From the NCBI GenBank assembly GCA_965267575.1, contig OZ254086.1, forward strand, positions 2,176,001 to 2,240,000: a stretch of DNA of 64,000 nucleotides. Direction: 5' to 3'. The position numbers were made by a program, and so were the translations under genes. The stretch comes from Calditrichales bacterium (GTDB taxonomy: Bacteria > Calditrichota > Calditrichia > Calditrichales > J004). Below, piece after piece: positions 19,135 to 27,076 of the stretch (positions within the stretch are counted from its first letter, which is position 1; every line of letters begins with the position of its first letter). The notes under the pieces are model-generated. The model did not search any database. It saw nothing but the letters and a program-made list of their open reading frames with translations, and had not been told where the DNA came from.

Positions 19135-19860
19135 ATGTTTTATGGAATTGTAATATGCAGCGATGACAAGCTCAAAGGTGAATGTCTGTCTATCGTAGAT
19201 ATCTGTACGGGCATAGAGCCGCGGGTTTACAAAAGCATCGCTGAGCTGAAAACCGACCAGATTCTTATCAATTATCTTTTTATTATAGTATGTGATCTGA
19301 ATGGTGAAATTCTCGAAAAAATCGCTCACCTGGAAAATACGACACCCGGTCTGACCGCGATTTTTTATAACCATTCACTGACCGTGTCCGATTTTCCGGA
19401 AGTTAACCGTTCGCCTAAAGTTAAAATGGTAATTGGCGAAAAACGTCAGGAGGCGCTTAAGGAACTGATACTTTCTTTAAAGCAGAATTACTGGCGTAAA
19501 ATACCATACGCTCAATTTAATATCGATTTTGACATGCTTTCGCCGAGAATGAAAAAGGTTATGAATATTATTGAAACGGCAGCGATCAGTAAATGCAATA
19601 TCACTAATCTGGCGTCCAAGCTAAACCTTAGTCCGGGTTATTTCAGCCAGGAATTTAAGCGTGAAACCGGAAAATCTTTCCGGCGCTTTATGCAGGATCT
19701 GATCGCCTTTTACGAAAATGAGATCGTTTCTAAAATCAACCTTCCGGCGAAAAATATTTCACAAATACTGGGCTATAGTGAATTATCCAGTTTCAGCAGA
19801 TCGTTTAAGAAACGCAAAGGTGTATCACCCTCAAAATATAAAAAAATGGTAAAGAGCTAA
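19135..19860 (+). CDS. AraC-family transcriptional regulator
   Basis: C-terminal 'LASKLNLSPGYFSQEFKRETG..ISQILGYSELSSFSRSFKK.KGVSP..Y'. Confidence 0.9.
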   Translation: MFYGIVICSDDKLKGECLSIVDICTGIEPRVYKSIAELKTDQILINYLFIIVCDLNGEILEKIAHLENTTPGLTAIFYNHSLTVSDFPEVNRSPKVKMVIGEKRQEALKELILSLKQNYWRKIPYAQFNIDFDMLSPRMKKVMNIIETAAISKCNITNLASKLNLSPGYFSQEFKRETGKSFRRFMQDLIAFYENEIVSKINLPAKNISQILGYSELSSFSRSFKKRKGVSPSKYKKMVKS

Positions 19861-19870
19861 TACAGACCTG

Positions 19871-20704
19871 ATGATCGAAAATATACTCTCCGTTGATGTT
19901 GAAGAATGGTTTCATCCGGAAGCATTACAACATCGGTTTCCCGCCGAAAGCTGGTTGTCCCAGCAAAAACGCGTAGAAAGAAATACAAATATCCTGCTGG
20001 ACCTGTTTGCAGCCAAAAAGGTGAAAGGCACGTTTTTTACATTGGGTTGGGTGGCGGAACATTACCCCCAACTCATCAGACGTATCGTGGCCGAAGGACA
20101 TGAGCTGGGCAGCCACGGTTACAGCCATCAAATGGTAACCAGGCTGGATCGTGAATCTTTCCGCGAAGACCTGCAACGCTCGATAGAGATTCTCGAAGAT
20201 GTCTCCGGTGAGAAGGTGCTGGGATTTCGCGCTCCCACTTTCTCCGTGGTAAAGCAAACATTCTGGGCCTGGGAGGTTATGCTGGAGCTTGGGTTGCAGT
20301 ATGATTCTTCCGTTTATCCCATCTGGCATGATCGCTATGGCGTTCCGGATGCGCCGCGCTCACGCTATGTTGCTGTGCAAAACGGTGAGCGTAAATTATG
20401 GGAATTTCCCATGTCCACTGTAAAAATTCGTGGAAAAAACATGCCGTTCGGTGGCGGGGGGTACTTGCGAATTTTCCCCAACTGGCTTACTATTCGGGGC
20501 ATAAAAAGTGTAAACAACGAAGGGATTCCCGCCGTGCTTTATACACACCCGTGGGAATTCGATACCGAACAGCCCAGGGTTGATATGGGCTTCGTGCAAA
20601 GTATCAGACATTATTATAATATTGATAACAATTTGAAAAAATTGGCCGAACTATTGGATATGTTCTCCTGGACCTGTTTCCGGGATGTATTAAAAAAAAT
20701 GTGA
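19871..20704 (+). CDS. Polysaccharide deacetylase (NodB/CE4; type usually found in PEP-CTERM/EPS loci)
   Basis: 'SVDVEEWF', 'TFFTLGWVAE', 'GHELGSHGYSH', 'GFRAPTFS', 'GGGYLR', 'Y.HPWEFD..QPR'. Confidence 0.9.
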   Translation: MIENILSVDVEEWFHPEALQHRFPAESWLSQQKRVERNTNILLDLFAAKKVKGTFFTLGWVAEHYPQLIRRIVAEGHELGSHGYSHQMVTRLDRESFREDLQRSIEILEDVSGEKVLGFRAPTFSVVKQTFWAWEVMLELGLQYDSSVYPIWHDRYGVPDAPRSRYVAVQNGERKLWEFPMSTVKIRGKNMPFGGGGYLRIFPNWLTIRGIKSVNNEGIPAVLYTHPWEFDTEQPRVDMGFVQSIRHYYNIDNNLKKLAELLDMFSWTCFRDVLKKM

Positions 20705-20785
20705 TATATGTTGTTCATTTAATTAAATACGCATTGGTATATTTATGGCCATGCAAATTAACACTTTAAAAGGTATGGAGTGAAA

Positions 20786-21262
20786 ATGAGCGAAAGCCGT
20801 CATATTTTGGTGGTTGACGACGAAGAAGATGTACGAGATACGCTGAAAAATGTATTAAAAAGCATGAACTTTATCCCGCATACGGCAGCCGGGGGCGAAG
20901 AGGCGCTGCAGGTTATTAAGAGCAAAAAGATCGATGTAATTCTTTCCGACCTGTATATGCCTGAGATGGATGGTATGCAGCTTTTGAAAAAGGTGCGTTC
21001 TTATGATAAGAATATCATCTTTTTGATGATCACCGCGCATCCCACTATCGATACGGCGGTAGATGCCATTAAGAAGGGCGCATATGATTATCTTACCAAG
21101 CCCTTTAACATCGAAGATGTGCGCATGAAGATAAACCGTGCGCTCGAGAAGCGCGGCCTTACTCATTCGCTTAAGACCGCCAACGGTATTATTTGGGCGC
21201 TGTTGATTTCGATCCCGATATGGCTTGTTCTGGGTATCATTCTCGCATCATTGTTAACCTGA
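20786..21262 (+). CDS. Response-regulator receiver domain with a C-terminal transmembrane helix
   Basis: 'ILVVDDE', 'ILSDLYMPEMDG', 'MITAH', 'GAYDYLTKPF'; ends 'IIWALLISIPIWLVLGIILASLLT'. Confidence 0.85.
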   Translation: MSESRHILVVDDEEDVRDTLKNVLKSMNFIPHTAAGGEEALQVIKSKKIDVILSDLYMPEMDGMQLLKKVRSYDKNIIFLMITAHPTIDTAVDAIKKGAYDYLTKPFNIEDVRMKINRALEKRGLTHSLKTANGIIWALLISIPIWLVLGIILASLLT

Positions 21263-21281
21263 AAAACCTAAAAAATTCTTT

Positions 21282-21311
21282 AAAGCCGTCCATCCGGGCG
21301 GCTTTTTTTTT
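21282..21311 (+). terminator. Intrinsic terminator
   Basis: AAAGCCGTCC-atcc-GGGCGGCTTT stem followed by a T-run. Confidence 0.8.
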
Positions 21312-21378
21312 GCCCGGCTATTATTTTGTTAGCTGTACAATTAAGTTTTGTTTTAGGATAACATAATGAGAGGTAAGC

Positions 21379-21807
21379 ATGACCGTAATAACCGGCTTTG
21401 TAAACGTTCAGACCAAGGGCTTTAATGACATCATAGATATCACGACTGATGTTGAGGATTTTATAAAAAGCAAAGACTGCCGGGAAGGACAAATACTTGT
21501 CTTTATAAATGGGGCAACAGCCTCGATAAGCACGACTGAATATGAGCCGGGCTTATTACAGGATATCCCGAAAGCTTTGGATAAAATTGCCCCGCTGAAT
21601 GGCTCTTACAAGCACAATGATACCTGGCATGATGGAAACGGTTACGCCCATGTACGTTCTACTTTAATGGGGCCGATGGCTGTTTTCCCGGTTTACGAAT
21701 CACGCATTATTCGCGGTACCTGGCAGAATATTATCCTGCTGGATTTTGATAACCGTCCCCGTCAGCGCCAGGTTACGCTGCAATTCTCCGGTGAAACCAA
21801 TCAGTAA
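21379..21807 (+). CDS. yjbQ: YjbQ/UPF0047 family protein
   Basis: 'EYEPGL..D', 'Y.HND.W.DGNGYAH.RS.L.G', 'GTWQ.I.L.DFD.RPR.R'. Confidence 0.88.
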   Translation: MTVITGFVNVQTKGFNDIIDITTDVEDFIKSKDCREGQILVFINGATASISTTEYEPGLLQDIPKALDKIAPLNGSYKHNDTWHDGNGYAHVRSTLMGPMAVFPVYESRIIRGTWQNIILLDFDNRPRQRQVTLQFSGETNQ

Positions 21808-24800
21808 TCGGAAGACGGAACGGCCATTTGCAGCTTTTTGAGATGGCTGCCATCCATGGAAAGAAAATTATCGGGCAGTTCATCATAAAAGTGCAGATGC
21901 AGAAGTCCCCCGGCTTTATAGCCTGTCTTTTGAAAATTCATTTCGTCAAGGCAGAGACTCCATCCTTCCATCCAGCTGATCAACGCTTTCTTTTGCTCTT
22001 CGCTGCCCTTAAAGCGGATCACGAGGTCCACGTCGCTTCCGGCTTGGGCGCTTTTGCTGCGCACGCTTCCGGCAAGAAACATTTCGCGGACGCCAAAGCG
22101 CCTGGGATCAAGCTGAAGGGCAATCTTTTCGGCCATGTCTTCACGCCAGCGGGTATGGTCCATTACTGTAGAGCCATGGACCTGCAACAGGGAGATGGGC
22201 AGATCGCTGCCATCACGTGGCGTGAATATGCCAACGGCTTTTTCCGCGTCTGCATTCATTAATATGCGCAGGCAGTTGCCCGGTTTTATAGAATTTATAT
22301 CGACAACTTTTACCACATCCTCCAGAAAGCGGTATTCCGGCAAAAATTCCACAAGCTGGTTGGGTGCATTCAGCAAAACTTCTTCCTTAAATACCTGGTG
22401 AGAGTCATCCGGATACAAGGGCAGGTAACGTATTCCGGCTTCCACAAGATCCTGAAAGAAGTGTGTTCCAAAAGAAAGGTCCGGCACGTAGTTGCCCTTT
22501 TTACGGGCGATTTCCACCAACACACAGGTGTTATTAATATCCGAATAGGTGACGCTCACACCGAGCTTGATATCACCACGGCTGCCCCAACGCCCGGGGC
22601 CCATTAAGATAAATTTACGCTTCGGTAATACCTTGTTCAGTTTGCCGACGGCTTTACCTACCGCCTCCATGTCTTTCTTCTCATGCAGCGCGTTGTAAGA
22701 ATCCGGTGTTACATAGACAATGTGCGTAATCTCCGGAACAGTGCCATTGGAGACATAGCGGTTGGCCGAAAAAAGAAGCCTGTCTTCCGGGATATCTTCG
22801 GGGATAGGCGAGGGTGCGTCAAATTTGGAATAGCTTTGCGGACGGCATTGCAGCAGGTAGAGATATTTGCCGTCCGAGGCAAATTCGATGTCGACCGGAG
22901 TGGCCAGGGCTGCTTGCAGTTCCTTTAAAATGCGGTGTATCAGCGACACGAAGTTGGTATCTTTGACGAGACCGTCAAATGTAACGATCAGGTCTGCCTT
23001 GGTATAATCAAGATTAACACCGACTGGCTTGCGCACATTATTGTGTTCAAAAATGGAGATAACGCGGTTAATGCCCGGATAATCATTGCCGTGTTCCTGC
23101 ATCAGCTCACGGATATCGATAGTTTCAAATTCTTTAGTGCGCAGATTAATGGCGTCGGCCTTTTGCGGCGCATAGCGGATAATTTCATTTATGCTGACAT
23201 TGGCCTTCAAATTGGGCTGCCCCGGTGCAATAAGTATTGGATAGTCATCACTCAGACGATCCACGGCGCGCGTACCGAGGCCCGGCACAATGCGGATCAG
23301 GCCATCTTCACGTCGGATACGCGGCGACCAGCGGAATTCATTGTTGCTGAAAGCGACGCCGGCAAAACTGGGCAGGAAATAATCGCCCACACGGGTACCG
23401 ACAACTTCCTGCAGCATGATGCCCATTTCCTCATGGAAGTCCAGCAGTCCCCGTTCGGCGCGGTATTCGATTGGGTCAGGACCGATGGTAGAAGCATACA
23501 CTTCGGCGATCGCATCCATCAGCGCTTCGAGACGTTCCTGCTTGCTGCCCTGGTTGGCCAGGAACAGGCTTTTGTATTTACCGGAAAAAGCAGAACCCAG
23601 CCGGTCTTCCAGCAAACTGGAACTGCGGACAATGATCGGGATCTCGCCAAAATTGTCGAGGGCCATGGAGAGCCCTTGTACGATTTCCGGCGGGAAGTGC
23701 GAATTTTTAAATAGCTGTACCACATGGGGATATTCTTTGCGCACCTCGTCTACATCTTTGTATTTCTGCTCCAGGATCTCTTCAAGATTATTATAGTGCA
23801 TAAAATGGATCAGCGTGTCCGAGGTTATAAACCATGTTTTGGGTACACGGATCATCTCGCGGGTCTCTTCATCGGTTATGACGTTGTTTATAATGCGGGA
23901 TGCCAGGAACAGTCCGGCGCTCTTACCGCCCAGTTTGCCATGGCTCCCGGTCGGGAATATCATTTTTCGTATCAGTTCGTTGAAATCGCTGATGCGAACA
24001 TAGTTTTTCGCGATATTTATAAACTCCAGTTGTTCGGTGAAAAACCGCCGTATCAGAGCCGCCCGAACACCGATCAGGATAGAAGGCATAAGTTGAAGAC
24101 CTTCCGGGGCTATCTGGAAATATTTGCGCACGGCATCGGCAATGTCGGTCAGTGAGGTGTCGTTGTTCGATGTGGCACGGACAAGAAACGCCGTTTTGTC
24201 CTGCTGAATCCACTTTTGGATATTGGAAAGTATTTCCGTGCTGCTCAGGTAATTCTGGGCCATCTTGAATACTTCCCGCGCCACTTTTTCGCCCGTTTCA
24301 AAGCTTCGCTTGCGCAGCGGACTGTTGGCCTCGCCAATCACATCCGTCTGCTCGTAGCGCGCCGATGGGTTAAACTTTTGCAGCAGATATTCCGACTCCC
24401 CGATGCCTTTCCAGACCATGTAGTTCAACATTTTGCGCGAGATTCGAATGTACAGGTCGGGATCGGTGCGGCGCAGCAGTTCCAGGATCACTTCCCATTC
24501 GCCGGACTTGCGCTGGCTCATATCCTGCTTTGTGCTTTCCCACTTGTTGAAAACCAGTTTTAGTTTCTGGTACATGATATAGTGGCCCAGGCGCACGGAA
24601 ATGGTGTTTAGCAGACGCACCTCTTCGTTAAGAAAAGGCCCTTTATCCAGCGGCGGCTTTTCTTCCAGGTAATAAACGCGGATAGAGCCGGCCTTACGTT
24701 CCTGAACGGTTATGTCCACATGCAGCATCCAGGGCGATTCGCGGAAATCGCGCGACAGGTAGACGTTGTCGCGGTGGGTCACCTTAGCCCTGCAGATATC

Positions 24801-24971
24801 GGGAAATTGCCAGCCGATCGGGATGATATCGACGATCTGGGCCAGTGCCTCATCCACCGTGTAGCCGTTGTCGCTCAGGATTTCTTCGATTTCATAAAGA
24901 CAATTGAGCTCCCGTACCCGCTCCTCAAGGCTGACAATGAGCTTGTCAAATGATTTTTTTGTTCGCCCCAT
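21801..24971 (-). CDS. PEP-synthase-like ATP-grasp protein with N-terminal GAF-like region and C-terminal nucleotidyltransferase domain
   Basis: N-terminal 'ERVRELNCLY..IIP.GWQFPDIC'; 'GKLGGKSAGL', 'IVRSSSLLED..AFSGKYKS', 'PVDIEFA..LLQCRPQ'; 'SFGTHFFQDL'; C-terminal 'FLAGSV..GSDVDLVI'. Confidence 0.8.
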   Translation of the reverse strand: MGRTKKSFDKLIVSLEERVRELNCLYEIEEILSDNGYTVDEALAQIVDIIPIGWQFPDICRAKVTHRDNVYLSRDFRESPWMLHVDITVQERKAGSIRVYYLEEKPPLDKGPFLNEEVRLLNTISVRLGHYIMYQKLKLVFNKWESTKQDMSQRKSGEWEVILELLRRTDPDLYIRISRKMLNYMVWKGIGESEYLLQKFNPSARYEQTDVIGEANSPLRKRSFETGEKVAREVFKMAQNYLSSTEILSNIQKWIQQDKTAFLVRATSNNDTSLTDIADAVRKYFQIAPEGLQLMPSILIGVRAALIRRFFTEQLEFINIAKNYVRISDFNELIRKMIFPTGSHGKLGGKSAGLFLASRIINNVITDEETREMIRVPKTWFITSDTLIHFMHYNNLEEILEQKYKDVDEVRKEYPHVVQLFKNSHFPPEIVQGLSMALDNFGEIPIIVRSSSLLEDRLGSAFSGKYKSLFLANQGSKQERLEALMDAIAEVYASTIGPDPIEYRAERGLLDFHEEMGIMLQEVVGTRVGDYFLPSFAGVAFSNNEFRWSPRIRREDGLIRIVPGLGTRAVDRLSDDYPILIAPGQPNLKANVSINEIIRYAPQKADAINLRTKEFETIDIRELMQEHGNDYPGINRVISIFEHNNVRKPVGVNLDYTKADLIVTFDGLVKDTNFVSLIHRILKELQAALATPVDIEFASDGKYLYLLQCRPQSYSKFDAPSPIPEDIPEDRLLFSANRYVSNGTVPEITHIVYVTPDSYNALHEKKDMEAVGKAVGKLNKVLPKRKFILMGPGRWGSRGDIKLGVSVTYSDINNTCVLVEIARKKGNYVPDLSFGTHFFQDLVEAGIRYLPLYPDDSHQVFKEEVLLNAPNQLVEFLPEYRFLEDVVKVVDINSIKPGNCLRILMNADAEKAVGIFTPRDGSDLPISLLQVHGSTVMDHTRWREDMAEKIALQLDPRRFGVREMFLAGSVRSKSAQAGSDVDLVIRFKGSEEQKKALISWMEGWSLCLDEMNFQKTGYKAGGLLHLHFYDELPDNFLSMDGSHLKKLQMAVPSSDY

Positions 24972-25007
24972 GCTTATTTTCCTGTAGTGATGATATGCCT
25001 ATTATAT

Positions 25008-25057
25008 AAAAAAGGGAGCAACGAAGTAAGAAAATTCCCCTGCTTCACTGCTCCCTT
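25008..25057 (-). terminator. Long hairpin plus T-run downstream of gdhA
   Basis: Minus strand AAGGGAGCA-gtgaagcag...ttacttcgt-TGCTCCCTT, ending in a T6 tract. Confidence 0.7.
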
Positions 25058-25077
25058 AAACGAAGTAATTAGAGGTT

Positions 25078-26367
25078 TTATACCCAGCCGCGATCCTTGC
25101 AGGCTTGCGCTACCCGGCTTATGGAGATCATATAGGCTGCGTCGCGCATGTACAGCTTGCGCTTGTCGGCCATGTCATATACCGCATTAAACGCCTCAGT
25201 CATTTTGCGGTCAAGGCGCGCCAATACATCTTCACGGGTCCAGTAATAATTCATATTACTTTGTACCTGCTCAAAATAGCTGCAGGTTACGCCGCCGGCA
25301 TTGGCCAGAAAATCGGGGATGTTAAAGATACCCCTCTTCTTGAGCACATCATCGGCCTCCGGTGTGGTCGGGCCATTGGCTCCTTCGGCGATTATTTTAA
25401 CGCGATCTTTGATATTGTTCACGCTGTCGCCCGTGATCTGGTTTTCAATGGCCGAAGGCATCAGGATATCAACATCCTGTTCGAGCCATGCATTGCCATC
25501 CATGACATTATAGCCCAGGTCCGCTGCCTTGGCCTTGTCAATGCCACCGAAGCGGTCCGTGATCCTGACCAGCTCATCAATATTAACACCGTCTTTTTTA
25601 AAATAGCTGAAAGATTTCTGCTCCTTCTGGTCCCAGCAGGAGACACACACGACGGTACCGCCCAGTTCATTGTAAAGGCGAATGGCATACTGGGCCACGT
25701 TGCCAAAACCCTGAACACTGGCAATGGTATCGGTAATATTAATGTTCAGCCTGGAAAGAGCCTCGCGCAGGGTGTAAACAACACCAAAACCCGTTGCTTC
25801 CGTACGGCCCAAAGAACCGCCCATACCAACCGGTTTACCTGTAATAAAACCCGGATACTTGCCGCCAAAGATGGTTTCATACTCATCCAGCATCCACAGC
25901 ATGTGCTGACCGCTGGTCATAATATCCGGCGCCGGAACGTCGGCCAAAGGACCCACGTTGCGGGCAATTTGCCGTACCCAGCCGCGGCAGATCTGTTCCT
26001 GCTCGCGCATACTCAGGTTATGCGGGTCACAGATCACCCCTCCTTTGCCGCCGCCAAGCGGCAACTCCACAACCGCCGTTTTCCAGGTCATCCACATGGC
26101 CAAAGCCCTTACTGTATCAACCGTTTCCTGTGGGTGAAAACGGATACCGCCTTTTGAAGGCCCTAAAGCGTTATTATGTTGAACGCGAAAACCGCGAAAT
26201 ACTCTTGTTTCTCCGCTGTCCATACGCACGGGAATGCTGAAATGATACTCCCGCAGAGGATTGCGCAGCAGATCGCGCGTTCCCTGATCCAGTTCCAGCA
26301 TATCCGCAACACTATCAAACTGACGTTGCGCCATGTCGAATGCGTTAAATTCACGTTGCGCTGCCAT
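25078..26367 (-). CDS. gdhA: Glu/Leu/Phe/Val dehydrogenase, probably glutamate dehydrogenase
   Basis: 'GPSKGGIRFHP', 'MTWKTA', 'GGGKGG', 'DVPAPD', 'TGKP..GGSLGR.EATG.G', 'QGFGNV', 'EGANGP', 'NAGGV.CSYFE'. Confidence 0.92.
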   Translation of the reverse strand: MAAQREFNAFDMAQRQFDSVADMLELDQGTRDLLRNPLREYHFSIPVRMDSGETRVFRGFRVQHNNALGPSKGGIRFHPQETVDTVRALAMWMTWKTAVVELPLGGGKGGVICDPHNLSMREQEQICRGWVRQIARNVGPLADVPAPDIMTSGQHMLWMLDEYETIFGGKYPGFITGKPVGMGGSLGRTEATGFGVVYTLREALSRLNINITDTIASVQGFGNVAQYAIRLYNELGGTVVCVSCWDQKEQKSFSYFKKDGVNIDELVRITDRFGGIDKAKAADLGYNVMDGNAWLEQDVDILMPSAIENQITGDSVNNIKDRVKIIAEGANGPTTPEADDVLKKRGIFNIPDFLANAGGVTCSYFEQVQSNMNYYWTREDVLARLDRKMTEAFNAVYDMADKRKLYMRDAAYMISISRVAQACKDRGWV

Positions 26368-26510
26368 TTTTAAACATCCTTTCCTTATAAGAAAAAAGTG
26401 ATTCGTTCAAGAAATATACAAAGCTTAACGTCAAAAGAAAACCATTATTTACGCTACTTAACATCGAAATGGATGGCATAATATTTAGTTGCAAAAAGCA
26501 TTAAATATCC

Positions 26511-26585
26511 TTGCTTTCAGGACGAAAAAGGTGTATGATTGTGGGAGAAATTTCCTGAAAAATGTGATTTGTGGGGGATAATTCC
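26511..26585 (+). promoter_or_regulatory. Putative sigma70 promoter of the dcw operon with MraZ-type GTGGG boxes
   Basis: TTGCTT(26511)-17 bp-TATGAT(26534). Imperfect direct repeats TGATT-GTGGGAGAAATTTCC and TGATTT-GTGGGGGATAATTCC put the GTGGG cores 30 bp apart. Confidence 0.6.
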
Positions 26586-26600
26586 TTAAATTTAAACGCC

Positions 26601-27074
26601 ATGGCACAAATCTATTTCGCCGGCGAGCATTCCTGCACGCTGGACAACAAAAACAGAGTTAACATCCCTGCCGGTATCCGCAAGATGCTGGGCAGCGAAG
26701 CGGAGAACACCCTGGTCTTTGCGCCCGGTTTCGAGGATGTCAACCTCTATGCCTATCCCCTGAACGAATGGAACAAACTGACAGACAATTTTAAGAAATT
26801 CAAACCGTTCGACAAAGCCGCGCGCGATTTTATCCGCCTTTTTGTGGGGCGCTCGTTTCCGGCCACGATGGACGGGCAGGGCCGCATTATGCTGCCCGAT
26901 CGAATTTTAAAAATCGCGCAGATTGAGAGTGAAATGTTGATTTTGGGTTCTGTCTCCAAGCTGGAGATATGGAATCCACGCGTATACCAGGAATACCTGG
27001 ACACCAACAAACTGGGTTTGGCCGACCTGGCGCAAAAGATCAATTTTTCGGACATGCTCTTTGACGAGGAGTAA
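26601..27074 (+). CDS. mraZ: Division/cell-wall cluster transcriptional repressor MraZ
   Basis: Two SpoVT/AbrB motifs 'LDNKNRVNIP' and 'MDGQGRIMLP'; first gene of the dcw cluster; ATG 26601 preferred. Confidence 0.92.
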   Translation: MAQIYFAGEHSCTLDNKNRVNIPAGIRKMLGSEAENTLVFAPGFEDVNLYAYPLNEWNKLTDNFKKFKPFDKAARDFIRLFVGRSFPATMDGQGRIMLPDRILKIAQIESEMLILGSVSKLEIWNPRVYQEYLDTNKLGLADLAQKINFSDMLFDEE

Positions 27075-27076
27075 TA

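Noticed and set aside
21801-24971. Calling this gene ppsA/ppdK, or an MNT-HEPN toxin-antitoxin
   Set aside because: It lacks the canonical swivel motif and pyruvate barrel. The nucleotidyltransferase is fused and there is no adjacent HEPN gene.
25105-26157. 350-aa ORF antisense to gdhA
   Set aside because: It is a shadow ORF fully overlapping a highly conserved gene, with no recognisable motifs. Such antisense frames arise from codon bias.
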